From assembly GCA_951406725.2 (NCBI GenBank), contig OX597841.1:11842001-11906000 (forward strand): a stretch of 64,000 bases of DNA, read 5' to 3'. The notes below the pieces were generated by a model. It was not told the DNA's origin and made no database searches. It saw only the letters and a program-made list of their open reading frames with translations. This DNA comes from Octopus vulgaris (Eukaryota). The translations under genes and the position numbers were made by a program. The stretch's first letter is position 1. Each line of letters opens with the position of its first letter. Below are positions 28,457 through 46,020 of this stretch, piece by piece.

Positions 28457-28603
28457 GTGAAATAGAAAGATGAATAATCTTGTTGCAGATTAATCAAAAG
28501 TTTAACCGATACCTTGGTAGCAAAAATCACAGCAGAAGACAGCACGGTTGGAGGTACAACCATATGGTGTTGCAACCGTGCATTGGTGCGGATAATTGAA
28601 TTT

Positions 28604-28964
<361 letters not shown>

Positions 28965-28967
28965 TAT

Positions 28968-29008
<41 letters not shown>

Positions 29009-29009
<1 letters not shown>

Positions 29010-29315
29010 GAGGCGCAATAGCCCAGTGGTTAGGGCAGCGGACTCGCGGTCGGAGGATCGCGGTTTCGATTCCAAGGCCGGGTGTTGTGAGTGTTTATTG
29101 AGCGAAAACACATAAAAGATCCACGAGGCTCCGGCAGGGGCTGGTGATCCCTGCTGTGCTCATTCACCACTCTTTCTCCCACTCTATCTTCTGTTGGTCT
29201 GCTCGCTTAGCCAACGGGGTGGCGTCATTCGAAGGCTAAAACAATGCAAAACGCATTGTGACCAGCGATGTATAAAAACATCTGATGGTCTGGTCAGTCA
29301 CGTGATCACGTGATA

Positions 29316-29316
<1 letters not shown>
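29009..29316 (+). mobile_element. SINE family A subfamily with a different 3' half
   Basis: Same tRNA-like head as family A, then diverges after ~29160 and ends GTCACGTGATCACGTGA. Confidence 0.75.
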
Positions 29317-29400
<84 letters not shown>

Positions 29401-29559
29401 TGAGAATGTCTGACTCCCTGTTTGAAATGGTTTGATTAAGCAAAGTATGAACTGTGAACATATATACATCTCTGCCGTTGATCAACGAGATTATTTATGC
29501 ATCGTTGATAAAAAAATATTGGCTTTGATGTTAAGAAATCTTTGAAAACTGATTCCACC

Positions 29560-29925
29560 TCTGGTTTAGACCTGAAAGTTTTATCACTTAAAAACTTATT
29601 TGAATGATTAAAAAAAAATGGTAGTCAGTGGGTGAAAGGTCAGGAGAATATGGAAGATGCAGTAAAGTCTCGTTTCCCAAGTCTGTGTGTTTTTTCAGCA
29701 TCATTCCTGCAACATGTGGCTTTGCATTATCTTTCATGGAGCAGAATTGGGCCATGCCGATTCACCAATGCAGGTCTCATTTTTTTGCAAGTGAGCATGA
29801 ATTTCAGCGAGTTGATTGTAGTAAACCTCTGCTGTAAAGCTCTGACTGGCTTCCAGAAAGCTGTAATGGACAACACCAATTGCAGACCAAAAGACAGTCA
29901 CCATAATCTTTTGCTGATGCAACTT
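29560..29925 (-). mobile_element. Mariner transposase remnant
   Basis: KIMVTVFWSAIGVVHYSFLE...TAEVYYNQL, then frameshifted DNAKPHVA and a YSPDLSPTDY-like segment. Confidence 0.8.
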
Positions 29926-30922
29926 GGACCTCGGCGGAATTTGAACCCAGAGCGTAACAGCAGACGAAACACCGCAAAGCATTTCGCCCGGCGTGCTAAC
30001 GTTTCTGCCAGCTCGCCGCCTTGATAAAGAAGACCATATCGACCAGCTGCCCGACCTAATTGATATCCCGAATGGCCCTCAACGATCAGTGTTAGTGGAA
30101 ATGTTGCTTAAAAAAGTTGGTCAACTGTAGCATGTTTCTCTTGCTATGACTTCAAGTGGCATTGCAGTCACGCTTTGAAGTTGTCAACAGTCGGTGCCAC
30201 CGACATGTCCAGGATGAGGGCTGGACGATGAAACCGTCCAGCACGCTTTTGTACAATGTCGGGAGCTGTCAAGATTGATAATTTACGTACAACACGTGTT
30301 GTCGCATCTGGGGAGAGTACGGCCATCGGCTGAGTCTATAATAAAGATTGTACCCCCAACTGGACTCTCGAAAGAAGGTGAGGCATGTTTTCTCTGTACA
30401 CTTGCAGTGTTGAAAGAGTGTTTATGAAGGACAAGAATGCAAGGATTCGTGGTGGGATCCTTCATCTCTGGCCCTGGTTTGCTACTTTACTTCAAATACC
30501 ATCTGAAGAGCAAGATAGGGCTGGAAAGAAGAATCCTGTCATGAAGTGTGTTCGAGAAATGATGGGAGGCTGTGATGAAAAGGGTGGGCGCTAGAAACCC
30601 AACTTAATCAACATTGGAAAAAGAAAGGATTGCTGCTGGGACTTTCAGGCTGCCAAGCATACCCCTTCTTTGAAATAAAAAAGGTCAACATATATTGTAT
30701 ATACTCTTTTACTCATTTACTTGTTTCAGTCATTTGACTGCGGCCATGCTTCAGCACCGCCTTTAATCGAGCAACTCGACCCCGGGACTTTTTCTTTTGC
30801 AAGCCCAGTACTTATTCTATTGGTCTCTTTTGCCGAACTGTTAAGTAACGGGGACATAAACACGCCAGCATCGGTTGTCAAGCAATGCTAGGGGGACAAA
30901 CACTGACACACAAACACACACA

Positions 30923-30966
<44 letters not shown>

Positions 30967-31294
30967 TACGACGGGCTTCTTTCAGTTTCCGTCTACCAAA
31001 TCCACTCACAAGGCTTTGGTCGGCCCGAGGCTATAGTAGAAGACACTTGCCCAAGGTGCTACACAGTGGGACCGAACCTGGAACCATGTGGTTGGTAAGC
31101 AAGCTACTTACCACACAGCCACTCCTGAGCCTATATATATATTTTTTTTTTTTTACCATTAAATTTTTAAATGTAAGGTTCATTCGAACTCCTAGTAACA
31201 TTTTTTTGTTTGTATTGTCCTGCTAATGTCCCTTCTGTATTCGATATATTTTATCGTAATAAAGAATTCAGCTAGCAAGCCACGCTATTCTGAG

Positions 31295-31538
31295 GCAATC
31301 TTCAAACTTGCCTATGTGATTTGGAGCATCCGGTGGGCAATATGTATTGCATATGACTATATTATGTTGTCTTATGTATACAATTAAAGTGTCACATACC
31401 GAATTTGAGTATGTCATTAAGACCTGGGGTGTGAGGTCATCTCGGATGTATACAGCAACTCCACCATGGCTCCTTTCCCTTCTGTCTGTTCGCAGTATGG
31501 CATAGTTTGGTACATGTACTTCTGCATCCTCTATATCA
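31295..31538 (-). mobile_element. LINE endonuclease fragment, inverted copy of 37022-37265
   Basis: [32 protein letters not shown]...; same 5' breakpoint as the + copy. Confidence 0.88.
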
Positions 31539-31564
31539 TATATATATATATATATATATATACC

Positions 31565-31630
<66 letters not shown>

Positions 31631-31897
31631 TATGTTTAATCTAAACAAGAAAACACAAAAAAACACAACAACGCGAGGACGTGGAACAAATATATTATTA
31701 TTGGACGCTCAAGAAAGAAGGAAAGAAGGGGGTTTAACGTTTCGAGCGGAGCTCTTCGTCGGAAACATAGCAGAAAAGATCCAGAGAAGGGAAGACAGCG
31801 GAAAAAAAAATCGTCAACCACATATATGTGTATATATATATATATATATAACTATATATATATATATATATATATAAATACATATATATATATATAA

Positions 31898-31981
<84 letters not shown>

Positions 31982-32152
31982 CAAATAAAAAAACAAAGAG
32001 GATAAACAATCGACTGACATCAGCCGGTAAACATTCAAATATGTCTATTTATTGAAATGTACTGGATGAATACACACTCATGTATGAGAGATGCAGATTA
32101 GCCAGCCCAAAAAAGCTGGTAACTGCATAGACAAGGGTGTGAATACATATAA

Positions 32153-32258
<106 letters not shown>

Positions 32259-32322
32259 GTATATATATATATATATATATATTTAAAAAAGGGAGATGTC
32301 GAACACGAGTGGTGATATATAA

Positions 32323-35300
32323 AAAAGGAAATGAAGAAAATGCTGACAAATAATTGAAGTAATTTAAGTAATTTAATTAGGTGAAAGTTGGTCTGAATTT
32401 CAGACCAACCCCCCCACGTCCAAACTACTACGAAATGAAGGAAGACATTACAGAATTTTGTAGAAAATTGCGACTTAGTGAGGAACTATTCGACCAGCAC
32501 AAATGAGGATGAGTCACTAGCTAGAAATAAAAGCAACTACACCCCACGAAAAGGTAGAAATAAAATCCTAGACGAATTCTGTGAGCACATTACAAACTTC
32601 CCCTACCAACATTTACACAAACCAAAACCCAAACCATAACCTCAACAAGAAAGAGTGGGAAGAATTAAACAAATTAAAAAATGAAAGATCTATCACCATT
32701 AAAGAGGCCGATAAAGGAAGTGCAGTAGTCTTAATGGAGACAGAATACTATATCAACTTAGCACTCTCCACCTTGGAAAATGGAACATATTACGAAAAGG
32801 CTGAACACTACAATCAACAGAAAATTATGAGAAACTTAAAAACCCTGATCAACCCCCACAAAGAAGAACTCACTAACAAAGAATTCAACTTCATCACAAA
32901 TTTCACTAGTAAAACCAGCCTCTTCTACGGTATTCCCAAAATTCATAAAAGCGAATTAATAAGTAAGGCATGCAAGGAAGCCACAAACTCTGTAATCAAT
33001 GTCCCCTCACCAAATGACCTCAAATTGAGACCTATAATAGCAGGTCCCGCTTGCGAAACCCACCGCCTTAGCAACTTCATTGATACCCTTCTCAAGCCGT
33101 TCCTCAAACACATTAAAAGCTACATAAGGGACGATCTAGATATGCTCAACCACCTCCCCAATACACTTCTTGCTGAACAAACCCTGCTAGTAACATTCGA
33201 TGTAGTCAATCTTTACTCCAACATCCCCCACAACCTAGGAATAGAAGCTATCCAATTCTGGCTGGATAATTACTCCAACGAACTCCCACACCGCATCAAA
33301 AAGGAATTTATTTTAGAAGGACTCAAATTCATCTTAGAGAATAATTTCTTCACCTTCAACAACAAATTCTACAGACAGAAATCAGGGACGGCAATGGGAA
33401 CGAAAACAGCTCCCACTTACGCCAACTTAGTCATGGGATACCTGGAAATCACCCTCTATAATAACGTTCTTAACCAATTTGGCACCACTCTCCACACACA
33501 CATAGAGAAGAACTGGAAGAGATATCTTGATGACTGCTTCATCCTTTGGCCCGAAACCGTCGAGAAGCTTAACGAATTTCACACTCTTATAAATGGGCTC
33601 AACACAAACATTATTTTCACAATGGAATACAGCCCTCAACAAATTCCCTTCCTCGACATCCTCATTAAAATTCACAACAAAAAAATAGAAACAGACATAT
33701 ACTACAAGCCCACAGACTCCAAGCAATACCTCCCTTTCAATTCATGCCACCCTAGACACGTTAAAATTAACATTCCCTACAACTTAGCCAAGAGAATTTG
33801 CACTATAGTCTCCAATAAAAACACCCGTCTCTTACGTCTACAAGAACTCAAGGGCACATTAACAAGCAGGGATTACCCCACGTCACTAATTGACAATGGG
33901 ATCCAACGCGCCCTAAAACTCAGCACGCAGGAACTTAGACGCCCTAAACCTGTTACATCGAAACCCCATACTCTACCATACATCTCTACACACAACCCCC
34001 TCAACAATGAAGCTTTTGACACCATCCTCCAGAACATTCCTGTATTACAAAAGGACCATAGAATGAACCAAATCCTCCTAACACACGAAATCATAAAGAG
34101 CAAAAGGCAACCCAAATCATTGAAAACCATCCTAACAAATGCCAAAGTACTGCCAACCACAACAACTAAACCCACAGTAAACAAATGCAATAGACCCAAC
34201 TGTGGTATATGCATCAACCTAATAGAAGGTCCGGAATTCCTTTTTAAACAAGGACAACGTTTGACAGTAAAACACAACTTCACATGCGCATCAGAAAATC
34301 TAGTATATGTCTTAACTTGCTCGGGCTGTAATGAACACTACATAGGCCAAACAAAAAATAGCCTCCGCCAACGCATGACTGTCCACAGATCCCAAATAAA
34401 AATACAGGAATATAGAAAAATAGCATTTAGTGCACATATTGATACCTGTGCCGCACAACTCCATCCCAATTTTAGAATCTTTCCCCTCTACAAATTTAAA
34501 GACAATGCCACTCATACCCAGCGAATAACCATGGAATCCCACCTTATTAATAAATACAGACCACTTCTAAACACATGCCCCTAACACGAACCCACAACAA
34601 ACACACTTACACCTGCACACACCCTACACACACCTTTACCCAGATATTAACACCATGACACACACAAATATATGGTTCCACACATACACATAATTGAATA
34701 CGGGTGCAAAACATCCAACACTATTTTTTGGAAATGGCTGTAAATATTGACTTCACACAAATACGTTGCTTCCCGATACAGGCACAAGGCCAGCAGAACT
34801 ATAAATATTGAAAATTTTACCCACACACACACACATATATACACGCGCGCGCGCCCCAACATACATATAAACACACACACGCGCGCGCGCGCACACACAC
34901 ATACATACATACAGCTCTCCCTGTTCTAAACGAACTTACTTATCCAGTCAAGCGGAAAATACACTCCCTAACTACGCGCTAAAAAGCTATTTAAAATATC
35001 CACATGACGTCTACTGACCAGCCTGAACAATAAGAATTTTCAACAACACTATTTTCGAAAATTCTAAACATTCACGTGACCTCTTTATTATGGCCAATAA
35101 GAAATTTTAGGCGGGACACTAGCCAAATTTTAACTTCTCTGGAGCCTTTTTTCTTACCCCAACACCAACTTCCATTCAAACATTCACGTGACCCCTTCAT
35201 AATGACCAATCAAAATTTTAGGCGCGAAACCAAGCAAATCCCAAACAACTCTGGAGCCTCTTTTTTTCACATATAAGAGACAGACTCTAATCTCTCTTTT

Positions 35301-35403
35301 ATATTTTGATAAGCATAACAAATGCGCAACCGGTAAAAAGAACTTTCACCTAATTAAATTACTTAAATTACTTCAATTATTTGTCAGCATTTTCTTCATT
35401 TCC

Positions 35404-35407
<4 letters not shown>
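32323..35407 (+). mobile_element. Near-complete Neptune-type Penelope-like element inside the fucosyltransferase intron
   Basis: Frameshifted N-terminal GLNFRPTP...FCRKLRL, 667 aa RT + GIY-YIG ORF, 3' pLTR, and a ~67 bp inverted copy of the 3' end (32323-32389 vs 35341-35407). Confidence 0.93.
32581..34584 (+). CDS. PLE reverse transcriptase + GIY-YIG endonuclease ORF (5' frameshifted)
   Basis: IKEADKG, YGIPKIHK, RPII, FDVVNLYSNI, GTAMG..AP.YANL, RYLDD, PFLD, YYKPT, SCHP, CNRPNCGIC, LVYVLTC...YIGQT..RQRM..H. Confidence 0.9.
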   Translation: MSTLQTSPTNIYTNQNPNHNLNKKEWEELNKLKNERSITIKEADKGSAVVLMETEYYINLALSTLENGTYYEKAEHYNQQKIMRNLKTLINPHKEELTNKEFNFITNFTSKTSLFYGIPKIHKSELISKACKEATNSVINVPSPNDLKLRPIIAGPACETHRLSNFIDTLLKPFLKHIKSYIRDDLDMLNHLPNTLLAEQTLLVTFDVVNLYSNIPHNLGIEAIQFWLDNYSNELPHRIKKEFILEGLKFILENNFFTFNNKFYRQKSGTAMGTKTAPTYANLVMGYLEITLYNNVLNQFGTTLHTHIEKNWKRYLDDCFILWPETVEKLNEFHTLINGLNTNIIFTMEYSPQQIPFLDILIKIHNKKIETDIYYKPTDSKQYLPFNSCHPRHVKINIPYNLAKRICTIVSNKNTRLLRLQELKGTLTSRDYPTSLIDNGIQRALKLSTQELRRPKPVTSKPHTLPYISTHNPLNNEAFDTILQNIPVLQKDHRMNQILLTHEIIKSKRQPKSLKTILTNAKVLPTTTTKPTVNKCNRPNCGICINLIEGPEFLFKQGQRLTVKHNFTCASENLVYVLTCSGCNEHYIGQTKNSLRQRMTVHRSQIKIQEYRKIAFSAHIDTCAAQLHPNFRIFPLYKFKDNATHTQRITMESHLINKYRPLLNTCP

Positions 35408-35471
<64 letters not shown>

Positions 35472-35739
35472 TACTTTATTGTCACACAGGGCTGAACACA
35501 GACGGAACAAATTACAAAGCAGTGCTTTTCTTTTTGGGGAGAAAAAATGTGGAGTAGATTTTCGATCAAAAGGGATCGTAAAAATGAAAGAAAAAAAAAC
35601 GATCAATAGGGATCATGTAAAAAATTTTAAAAAGAGTGAAAAAACTACAGAAGGCTTGTGTTATAAGGTTAAAGAATATATTTAAGTCACTATGTTAGAA
35701 AAATGTTATAGAATTGTGTGTATAGTACCAGTTTTTGGA

Positions 35740-35774
35740 GAAATAACCGGTTTCGTTTTTTCTTTTCAAATTTC
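35740..35774 (-). ncRNA. Minimal hammerhead-like motif, U3-A8 variant
   Basis: On -: gaaat-TTGAAAA-g(aaaaaa)c-GAAA-ccgg-TT-atttc. Confidence 0.5.
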
Positions 35775-36200
35775 CAAAATTTCTTTACCTACATTGTGTC
35801 ATAGCGAAGTCATGTCATGATGTAGTTAAAGAAATTTATAACACAAGCCTTCTGTAGTTTTTTCACTGTTTTGTTTTTTTTATTTTTTATACATCTAACT
35901 ACGTGCTTTCACACACAAACTCTCTCACCTGTATATATATAAAAAGAAAAGCACTGCTTTGTAATTTGTCCCGTCTGTGTTCAGCCTTGTGTGGCTAATA
36001 AAGAAACATATACATATATATATATATACTTATATGTATTCACACCCTTGTCTATGCAGTTACCAGCTTTTTTCCGCTAGCTAATCTGAATCTCTCATAC
36101 ATGAGTGTGTATTCATCCAGTACATATCAATAAATAGACATACTTGAACGTTTACCGGCTGATGTCAATCGATTGTTTATCCTCTTTGTATTTTTATTTG

Positions 36201-36324
<124 letters not shown>

Positions 36325-36326
36325 GT

Positions 36327-36461
<135 letters not shown>

Positions 36462-36464
36462 TAG

Positions 36465-36594
<130 letters not shown>

Positions 36595-36618
36595 GTTATA
36601 TATAGTTATATATATATA

Positions 36619-36720
<102 letters not shown>

Positions 36721-36831
36721 GTGTGTGTGTATATCTTGACTGAAGATTGAAGGCTTCGAATGTCCCGTCCGTTTTTTGTATCGTCTTCTAAATGTTTTAC
36801 GTTCTTGTCCCAGTTTGTATTTTTTCTACAT

Positions 36832-39560
<2,729 letters not shown>

Positions 39561-39574
39561 AAAAATATATAGTT

Positions 39575-39637
<63 letters not shown>

Positions 39638-39774
39638 TATATACACATATATATATATATATATATATGTATATTTATATATACATACATATATAGTTAT
39701 ATACATATACATAGATACACATACATATATATTATATGTACACATATATTATATATATATATTACGGAGTGCTG

Positions 39775-40022
39775 GTGGCACTTAAAAAGCACCTTCCAAT
39801 CGTGGCCGATTGCCAGCCTCGTTTGGCACCTGTGCCGGTGGCATGTAAAAAGCACGCACTACACTCACGGAGTGGTTGGCGTTAGGAAGGGCATCCAGCT
39901 GTAGAAACATTGCCAGATCAGACTGGGCCTGGTGCAGCCTTCTGGCTTCCCCAGACCCCAGTTGAACCGTCCAACCCATGCCAGCATGGAAAGCGGACGC
40001 TAAACGATGATGATGATGATGA
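39775..40022 (+). mobile_element. SINE-like family D (possibly RTE-related tail)
   Basis: GGTTGGCGTTAGGAAGGGCATCCAGCTGTAG...CCAACCCATGCCAGCATGGAAAGCGGACGCTAAA(CGA/TGA)n; copies on - at ~54985-55092, 56340-56445, 57628-57950 and 58000-58190. Confidence 0.7.
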
Positions 40023-40033
40023 ATAAGCCAAAA

Positions 40034-40303
40034 AAACATTTTATCATTAATTAAAATCTTAGAGTAGCAAGAATATTCATAGAAAAGTTCTTAGTTACCT
40101 GTGGTCTAGCAAGAAAGAAAAGTTAGTCAATAGACTATATATTATTCGAAGAAGAATACAGTGTTTTGTGTTTGAACGTACACTGTATTCTTCTCTAAAT
40201 AATATATAGTCTATTGACTAATTTTTTCTTCCTCACTGGTAACTAAGAATTTTTGTATGAATATTCTTGCAACCCTAAGATTTTAATTAATGATAAAATG
40301 TTT
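40034..40303. repeat. Fold-back hairpin, ~125 bp arms
   Basis: AAACATTTTATCATTAATTAAAATCTTAG..GAAGAATACAGTG / CACTGTATTCTTC..CTAAGATTTTAATTAATGATAAAATGTTT; more diverged than the others. Confidence 0.88.
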
Positions 40304-40331
40304 ATATATATGTATAGATAGACAGAGAGAC

Positions 40332-40388
<57 letters not shown>

Positions 40389-40439
40389 TATAGATATAGA
40401 TATATATATATATATATATATATATAGATAGATAGATAT

Positions 40440-40506
<67 letters not shown>

Positions 40507-41176
40507 TAAATATATACATTCTGAGTTCAAATTCCGCTGAGGTTGACATTGCCGTTCATCCTTTGGGGGGTAGATAAATTAAGTACCAGTTGTGTACTGA
40601 GCTCAATCTAATTGACTGGCCCCATTCCCCAAAATTTCGGACCTTGTTCCTAGAGTAGAAATCAATATATTTTAAATGGAATTAATTTTCTTAGCCGTCT
40701 ATTAGTTGTTGTATGCTTGATGTTTAACAAGATTTCAATTCCCGCAGCTAATGTTCACTGTAACCTCTATACACAATGATTATTTTAATTAAATAGAAAA
40801 CGGAAAAAACTAAAGCGTAATAATGACTTGGGCATCATATAAATTAAAGGAGGAAATACTTGAGCGTTCATGCTCTCCCTCTCTCTCTCTCTCTCTCTTT
40901 TCTCTTTCTCTCTCTCACACTCCGTAAAGTTTGGGAAGGAGAGTCACATACAAATTGAGAATTATACTAGAGTAACGGGCTGGCTACCCTCATTGTTGTA
41001 CGTACATGCTAAATCACACTCGCAAAGCGTACACACATCGTTGCTAGAGTTTCATTGAAATAACATTAACTATAGGGAATTAACCAACTCTGAAGAAAGA
41101 GAGCCATTCGAAAAGCACTACTTAATCTCATTAATTTAAATACAAAGACACACGGATTTAAAATTCAAGTACTTAC

Positions 41177-42111
41177 TTCAAACCAGTATAGAAAAATTTT
41201 TCAGTAATATATTCTCTACAATTGGAATTTTCGAATGCCAAATAAAATTTGTATTCCTTTTTTAACATCTTAAGACATTTTCTCTTCGTGCAAAATTTTG
41301 TACCACATCTACCATAAATATCCACCTGGATATATTTTCCGAGTTCCTTAGCATAACCCATTCGATTGTTCCTTGGACGACAGTTCGATACGAACCAAGC
41401 AACCTTCTTTGTTTTTCCCGCTGCATAATTTTGAACTTGTTCTTTTTGTCTTACTGACTTGTTAAAATATCGAAATTTCCTATAAGGATATACAATCGTA
41501 CTGTCCTGCCGATAAGTAATCGTCCAGTTGATTCTGTTTCCCAGGTATCTCACTGATTGTTCGTGAAGAGGACACTCTCGTGTCTCAAAAATCCATATTT
41601 GGTTCCTGTGGGTTGGTTTCCGTGATAGTTCCACTTTCTGATGAAAGAAAATAGCATCCACACTATTTTGCATTGCTTTGTTCTTTGTGACTAAACATTC
41701 ATTAACTGGACATTTATATTCCAGGAAACTCGTTTGATTTTCCTTCAATGGTGGTAGATATCTGAAACTGTATATTAACAACGTTTTAAACTTTGGTCTA
41801 ATTGGCTTTAACTTTACATTTCGATCAGAATCTGACTGATTTTGGTGCCTATTCCGTTCATAATTTTCCCATCTTTCCTCTCCTGGTAGGACATATTTCA
41901 TTTGAGCTTCGATTCGATCGTTTTCAGGCTGATTACCTGGAAACAATCGAGAGGAATTCCTTCTGTAAGAAACATACTGCTCAGCTGTTAAAGTCCAATT
42001 CCAAATGATTTGTTGTTTCTTGAGATTATATTCAAATTGAGAAATATAAAAACAAATGCATAGTACTATGTGTATAACAATGGTGTAAAATATCTTGCGG
42101 GAGGTGTCCAT
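41177..42111 (-). CDS. Alpha-1,3-fucosyltransferase (GT10, FucTA-like), first coding exon
   Basis: ATG, short cytoplasmic tail, TM segment IFYTIVIHIVLCICFYI, then ECP..NWTITYRQDS, VAWFVSNC, VDIYGRCG, YKFYLAFENSNCREYITEKF; donor AA|gtaagt, phase 2. Confidence 0.95.
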
Positions 42112-42376
42112 TCCTTATTTGGTGTGGTGTGAACAGTTTCAAGTAGTTATTCATGTAGCAGTATTTCTTGAATGAGTCAGTGAACTAGTTAGGTAAAAGG
42201 ATTGATCAGTAACAAAGATTTATAAAATCATAAAAAAAACAATTGTTGTCTTCTTTATCAGGAAAAACGAGCCAATAGACAGTTGACAAATTGTTAGATC
42301 AAGAGAAAAATATCAGCTAAAACACACCTTAATGTCTTCGATAAATTAATTCAGTAGCACAATGATACACGCCTCG

Positions 42377-42407
<31 letters not shown>

Positions 42408-42699
42408 GCATGCCCGCACATACACACTCATACACACACACACATACGCGTATCCCCCACACACATATGTATTTACATATATACATCTATGATATGTAAA
42501 TATGCATATGAAGAGACACACGTGAACAAGTAGGTTAACAGTTGTTGATAACATCCATCTACTTGCAATATGTCTGAATATTTACTGTCAGGCTTATGGC
42601 GAGCATATGAGTGGAGTCGTATCCGTTACCCTTTCCAATAAAACTCTCACCTATGAACAAGTCAACCCATGTTTGTATAGCACTATCAACCCTAGCTAA

Positions 42700-42774
<75 letters not shown>

Positions 42775-43689
42775 CATCCAGACGAAACAAGGATGGGTCA
42801 TTCGGAGTTTCTTTCCTCAGTTGAGTTCCAGATTATCTTTGCAATTTCGGCTGGTTACACTCCAGATTGCTCCAATCTGGCCAGCCCCAAGGAAAAGCAG
42901 AAAAGCAGTGAATGTATACGAAAACAAGGACAGAAAAAAAAACGGAGAAATGGTACACAAATAACAAGACATTAATTAGAGGTGTCTTTCAAATAAGGAG
43001 GAATTAAATTAAGCTGGCATGTGTGGAAGTAAAGCCTTACGGCAGGGATACAAGTTTTCACAGGCACAGGGAGGAATATAGATGTTGCACGGATGGTAGT
43101 CGAACCAAGAAAGAAAGAGGAGTGAAGGTGAGCATGAAGAGAAGGCCAGGAAATGTGAGAGAGGGGGAATGAAAGAACGAAGAGTGGAATGAACGAAGTA
43201 AGTGTGAAGGGGCTGAGAGAAAGAAGGAAAGAATAATAGAGTCATACAAAATTTAGATATATATATACATACCTACATACAAGAGACCAAAAGTATACGT
43301 ACACCGCTTTATTTTATTTATTTATATAAAAAAATACAAAACTGGGACAAGAACGCAAAACATCCAGAAAGGTGATACAAGAAGGGGACAACAAAACATC
43401 CAGACGACGAAACAAGGACGGATTATTGGAAGTTTTCTTTCCTCAGTTGAGTTCCAGATTATCTTTGCAATTTCGGCTGGTTATACTCCAAATTGTTCCA
43501 GATATTTGTATTTGTGATGTAAATGCTGAGATGTTTGAAAAGAACCCATCCTCGCTGCTTTCTTCCTTTGTTTGTTTCCTTCTGGCTTTTGCTTCTCACA
43601 TTTTCACCCTCTGTTTTCTTCTTTTTTTTTCTCTTTGCCCTTTCTTGCCTTCAATTGTCATATTGTGAGGTGGTTTTAAGTGAGGGGGG

Positions 43690-44960
43690 ATATTGTTTAT
43701 TCCTTTCGTGTTTTCTGTTGAGGCTTGGCCTACGTTTTATCATATGTGTCGTCTCCATAATATGTTTCAATATCGTATTTGTTATATGTATGCATAGAAT
43801 CTTAACATCTATGTTATCTGTTGTGCCCCATGTTCTTAGTTAGCTTGTTGGTATAGCACTAATGAGCTTTTCTCCTCCTGGAGGTATCACCAGTGACCCT
43901 TAATCTTCTTTCCTATGCTGTGAGCTCTCTCTTCATTATATCATTATCATGTTTCTGCACCATCCCTCTGTACATCGCTATAAATTGTATTCCTAATTTT
44001 GCTGTTCACCTCTGGGTATAGCCTACACTCTATACAGTTCCTGTCAGTACAGAGGGTTCTTTTGAATGGGCTTGTTCTACAGATTAGGGATTTTATGGCA
44101 GTTCCTGGCCTTTCTTCTTGCCTCAGTCAGTGGATTCAATTTACCGAATGTTTTTCTAAAATAATACGCTAGTTCTCCTCCAGGGGTAGCATCAATGAAC
44201 ATGATGCTTTGGTATGTTTGGCCATCATACCATGAGCTGGCCTTCCCTATCTTCCTCTTTGTCCCGTCTATAATATTCCATGATTTATTCCTGTATAGCA
44301 GGCTGAGCCCATTTGCATCATTCTCTATGATGGTCTTGAGTTTTGTCATGGCCCTTTTGTCCACCCTGATCCTTTCTCTTTGACTGTTCCTAGAGAACTG
44401 CAAGCAGGAGGTGAAGTGCTGTATGCGTCTCTTCAATTCCGTTGGGTCACACATTTAGGACTCCTTTCTCATCACCCTTATCAAGTCCGTTATCAGGATA
44501 TTGAACTTAGTATCATCCACATTTGCTGTATTCTGTGGCACAGGTATCTGGAGGCCATGGGCTTGGCATAGTATGAATGGAGAATTGCTAGTTTCCATCC
44601 ACAGTTGAGTGTCTAAAACGGGTAGTCTGTAGTGGGGGTGCTTTTTAGGGTAATGTAATGTTCGCTAATACCCTGGTAGACGGGATTAGCTATTTGCTGG
44701 ATGCTCTTCATGGTGCTAGCTTCTAGTTCATAGATGTTATCGTGTGGAAGTGTTTTTGCTGCTTTCTTGAAATTATTAATATAGCAAGAGTACATGGTTA
44801 GGGTTATGGAGTCCTCTGCAGAACGTTCCTAGATTCTCTTATCCCACCATACCATAAAGAGGTTGGCCACATGGCCAGCAATACTGATTGCCCCCTCTTT
44901 CGGGGCATATATTTTTTTTTTATTGAACTTAAACATTTGACCCTTTAAAGTAACTTTGGT
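43690..44960 (-). mobile_element. Degenerate Naiad-like PLE (RT, thumb and EN remnants)
   Basis: AGHVANLFMVWWDKR, HSYYAKPMAS, CDPTELKRRIQHF..LQFSRNSQRERIRV..LYRNKSW..MFIDATPGGELA; paralog of the 24.4-26.7 kb element. Confidence 0.8.
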
Positions 44961-45121
44961 ACTCGCAACTATCAGGTGACATTTATTTCACCTGGTCATA
45001 GCTTTCAGGGGTCCTTATACCTCTGATACACCCTTTCCACCTGTCCATAAGGGTATTCTTGGCCATGGAGGTGGTGGTAGGGTGTCTACGTGTTTTCGGT
45101 TGACTGGGGCAGAAACATGAA

Positions 45122-45387
45122 AAATCTTGCAAAAACAAACAACATAAACATTAAAAAAAAGTTTGTACTTTACGGAGTGAAATGACTAAATCTTGCAAAA
45201 ACAAACACATAAACATAAAAAAAAGGTTGTACTTTACGGAGTGAAATGACTAAATCTTGCAAAAACAAACACATAAACATAAAAAAAAGGTTGTACTTTA
45301 CGGAGTGAACTGACTGAATCATGCAAAAACAAACACATAAACATAAAAAAAAGGTTGTACTTTACGGAGTGAAATGACTAAATCTTG
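45122..45387. repeat. Minisatellite, ~4 x 64 bp
   Basis: Unit AAATCTTGCAAAAACAAACACATAAACATAAAAAAAAGGTTGTACTTTACGGAGTGAAATGACT. Confidence 0.9.
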
Positions 45388-45493
45388 TTGAATAGAGAAT
45401 ACGTCAAGTGAGTTTTATTTCAAACAATTGTTTTCGGGTCAGTTCACAAAGATACCTGTATTTCTGTATATGTAAATGTGTAACCAAGCATAT

Positions 45494-45565
<72 letters not shown>

Positions 45566-45797
45566 TCACTCATGTATGTTTTTACTTAGACATAAACACA
45601 GGCGTTATTGTGACTTGGCCCAAATCTGATCCTTTCAAATGAAAATTACCTCATGTTTTTTTCTATTCAACAAGTATTAACCATTTCATTCAATAATGCA
45701 CGGCAACCGGCTTCTTTTTTTCCTTTTTCACATATATATTTTTTATTATTATTTTGACCTCTTGCACTTTCTATTTATGTGTGTGTGTGTGTGTATA

Positions 45798-45830
<33 letters not shown>

Positions 45831-45833
45831 AAT

Positions 45834-45866
<33 letters not shown>

Positions 45867-45927
45867 TATGTGTATATGTATATATATATATATGTATGTA
45901 TGTATAATTATATATATATATTATGTG

Positions 45928-46020
<93 letters not shown>

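Noticed and set aside
30030-30690. GC-richer, coding-like stretch in the fucosyltransferase intron
   Set aside because: No recognisable motif or splice-consistent frame; likely an old TE fragment.
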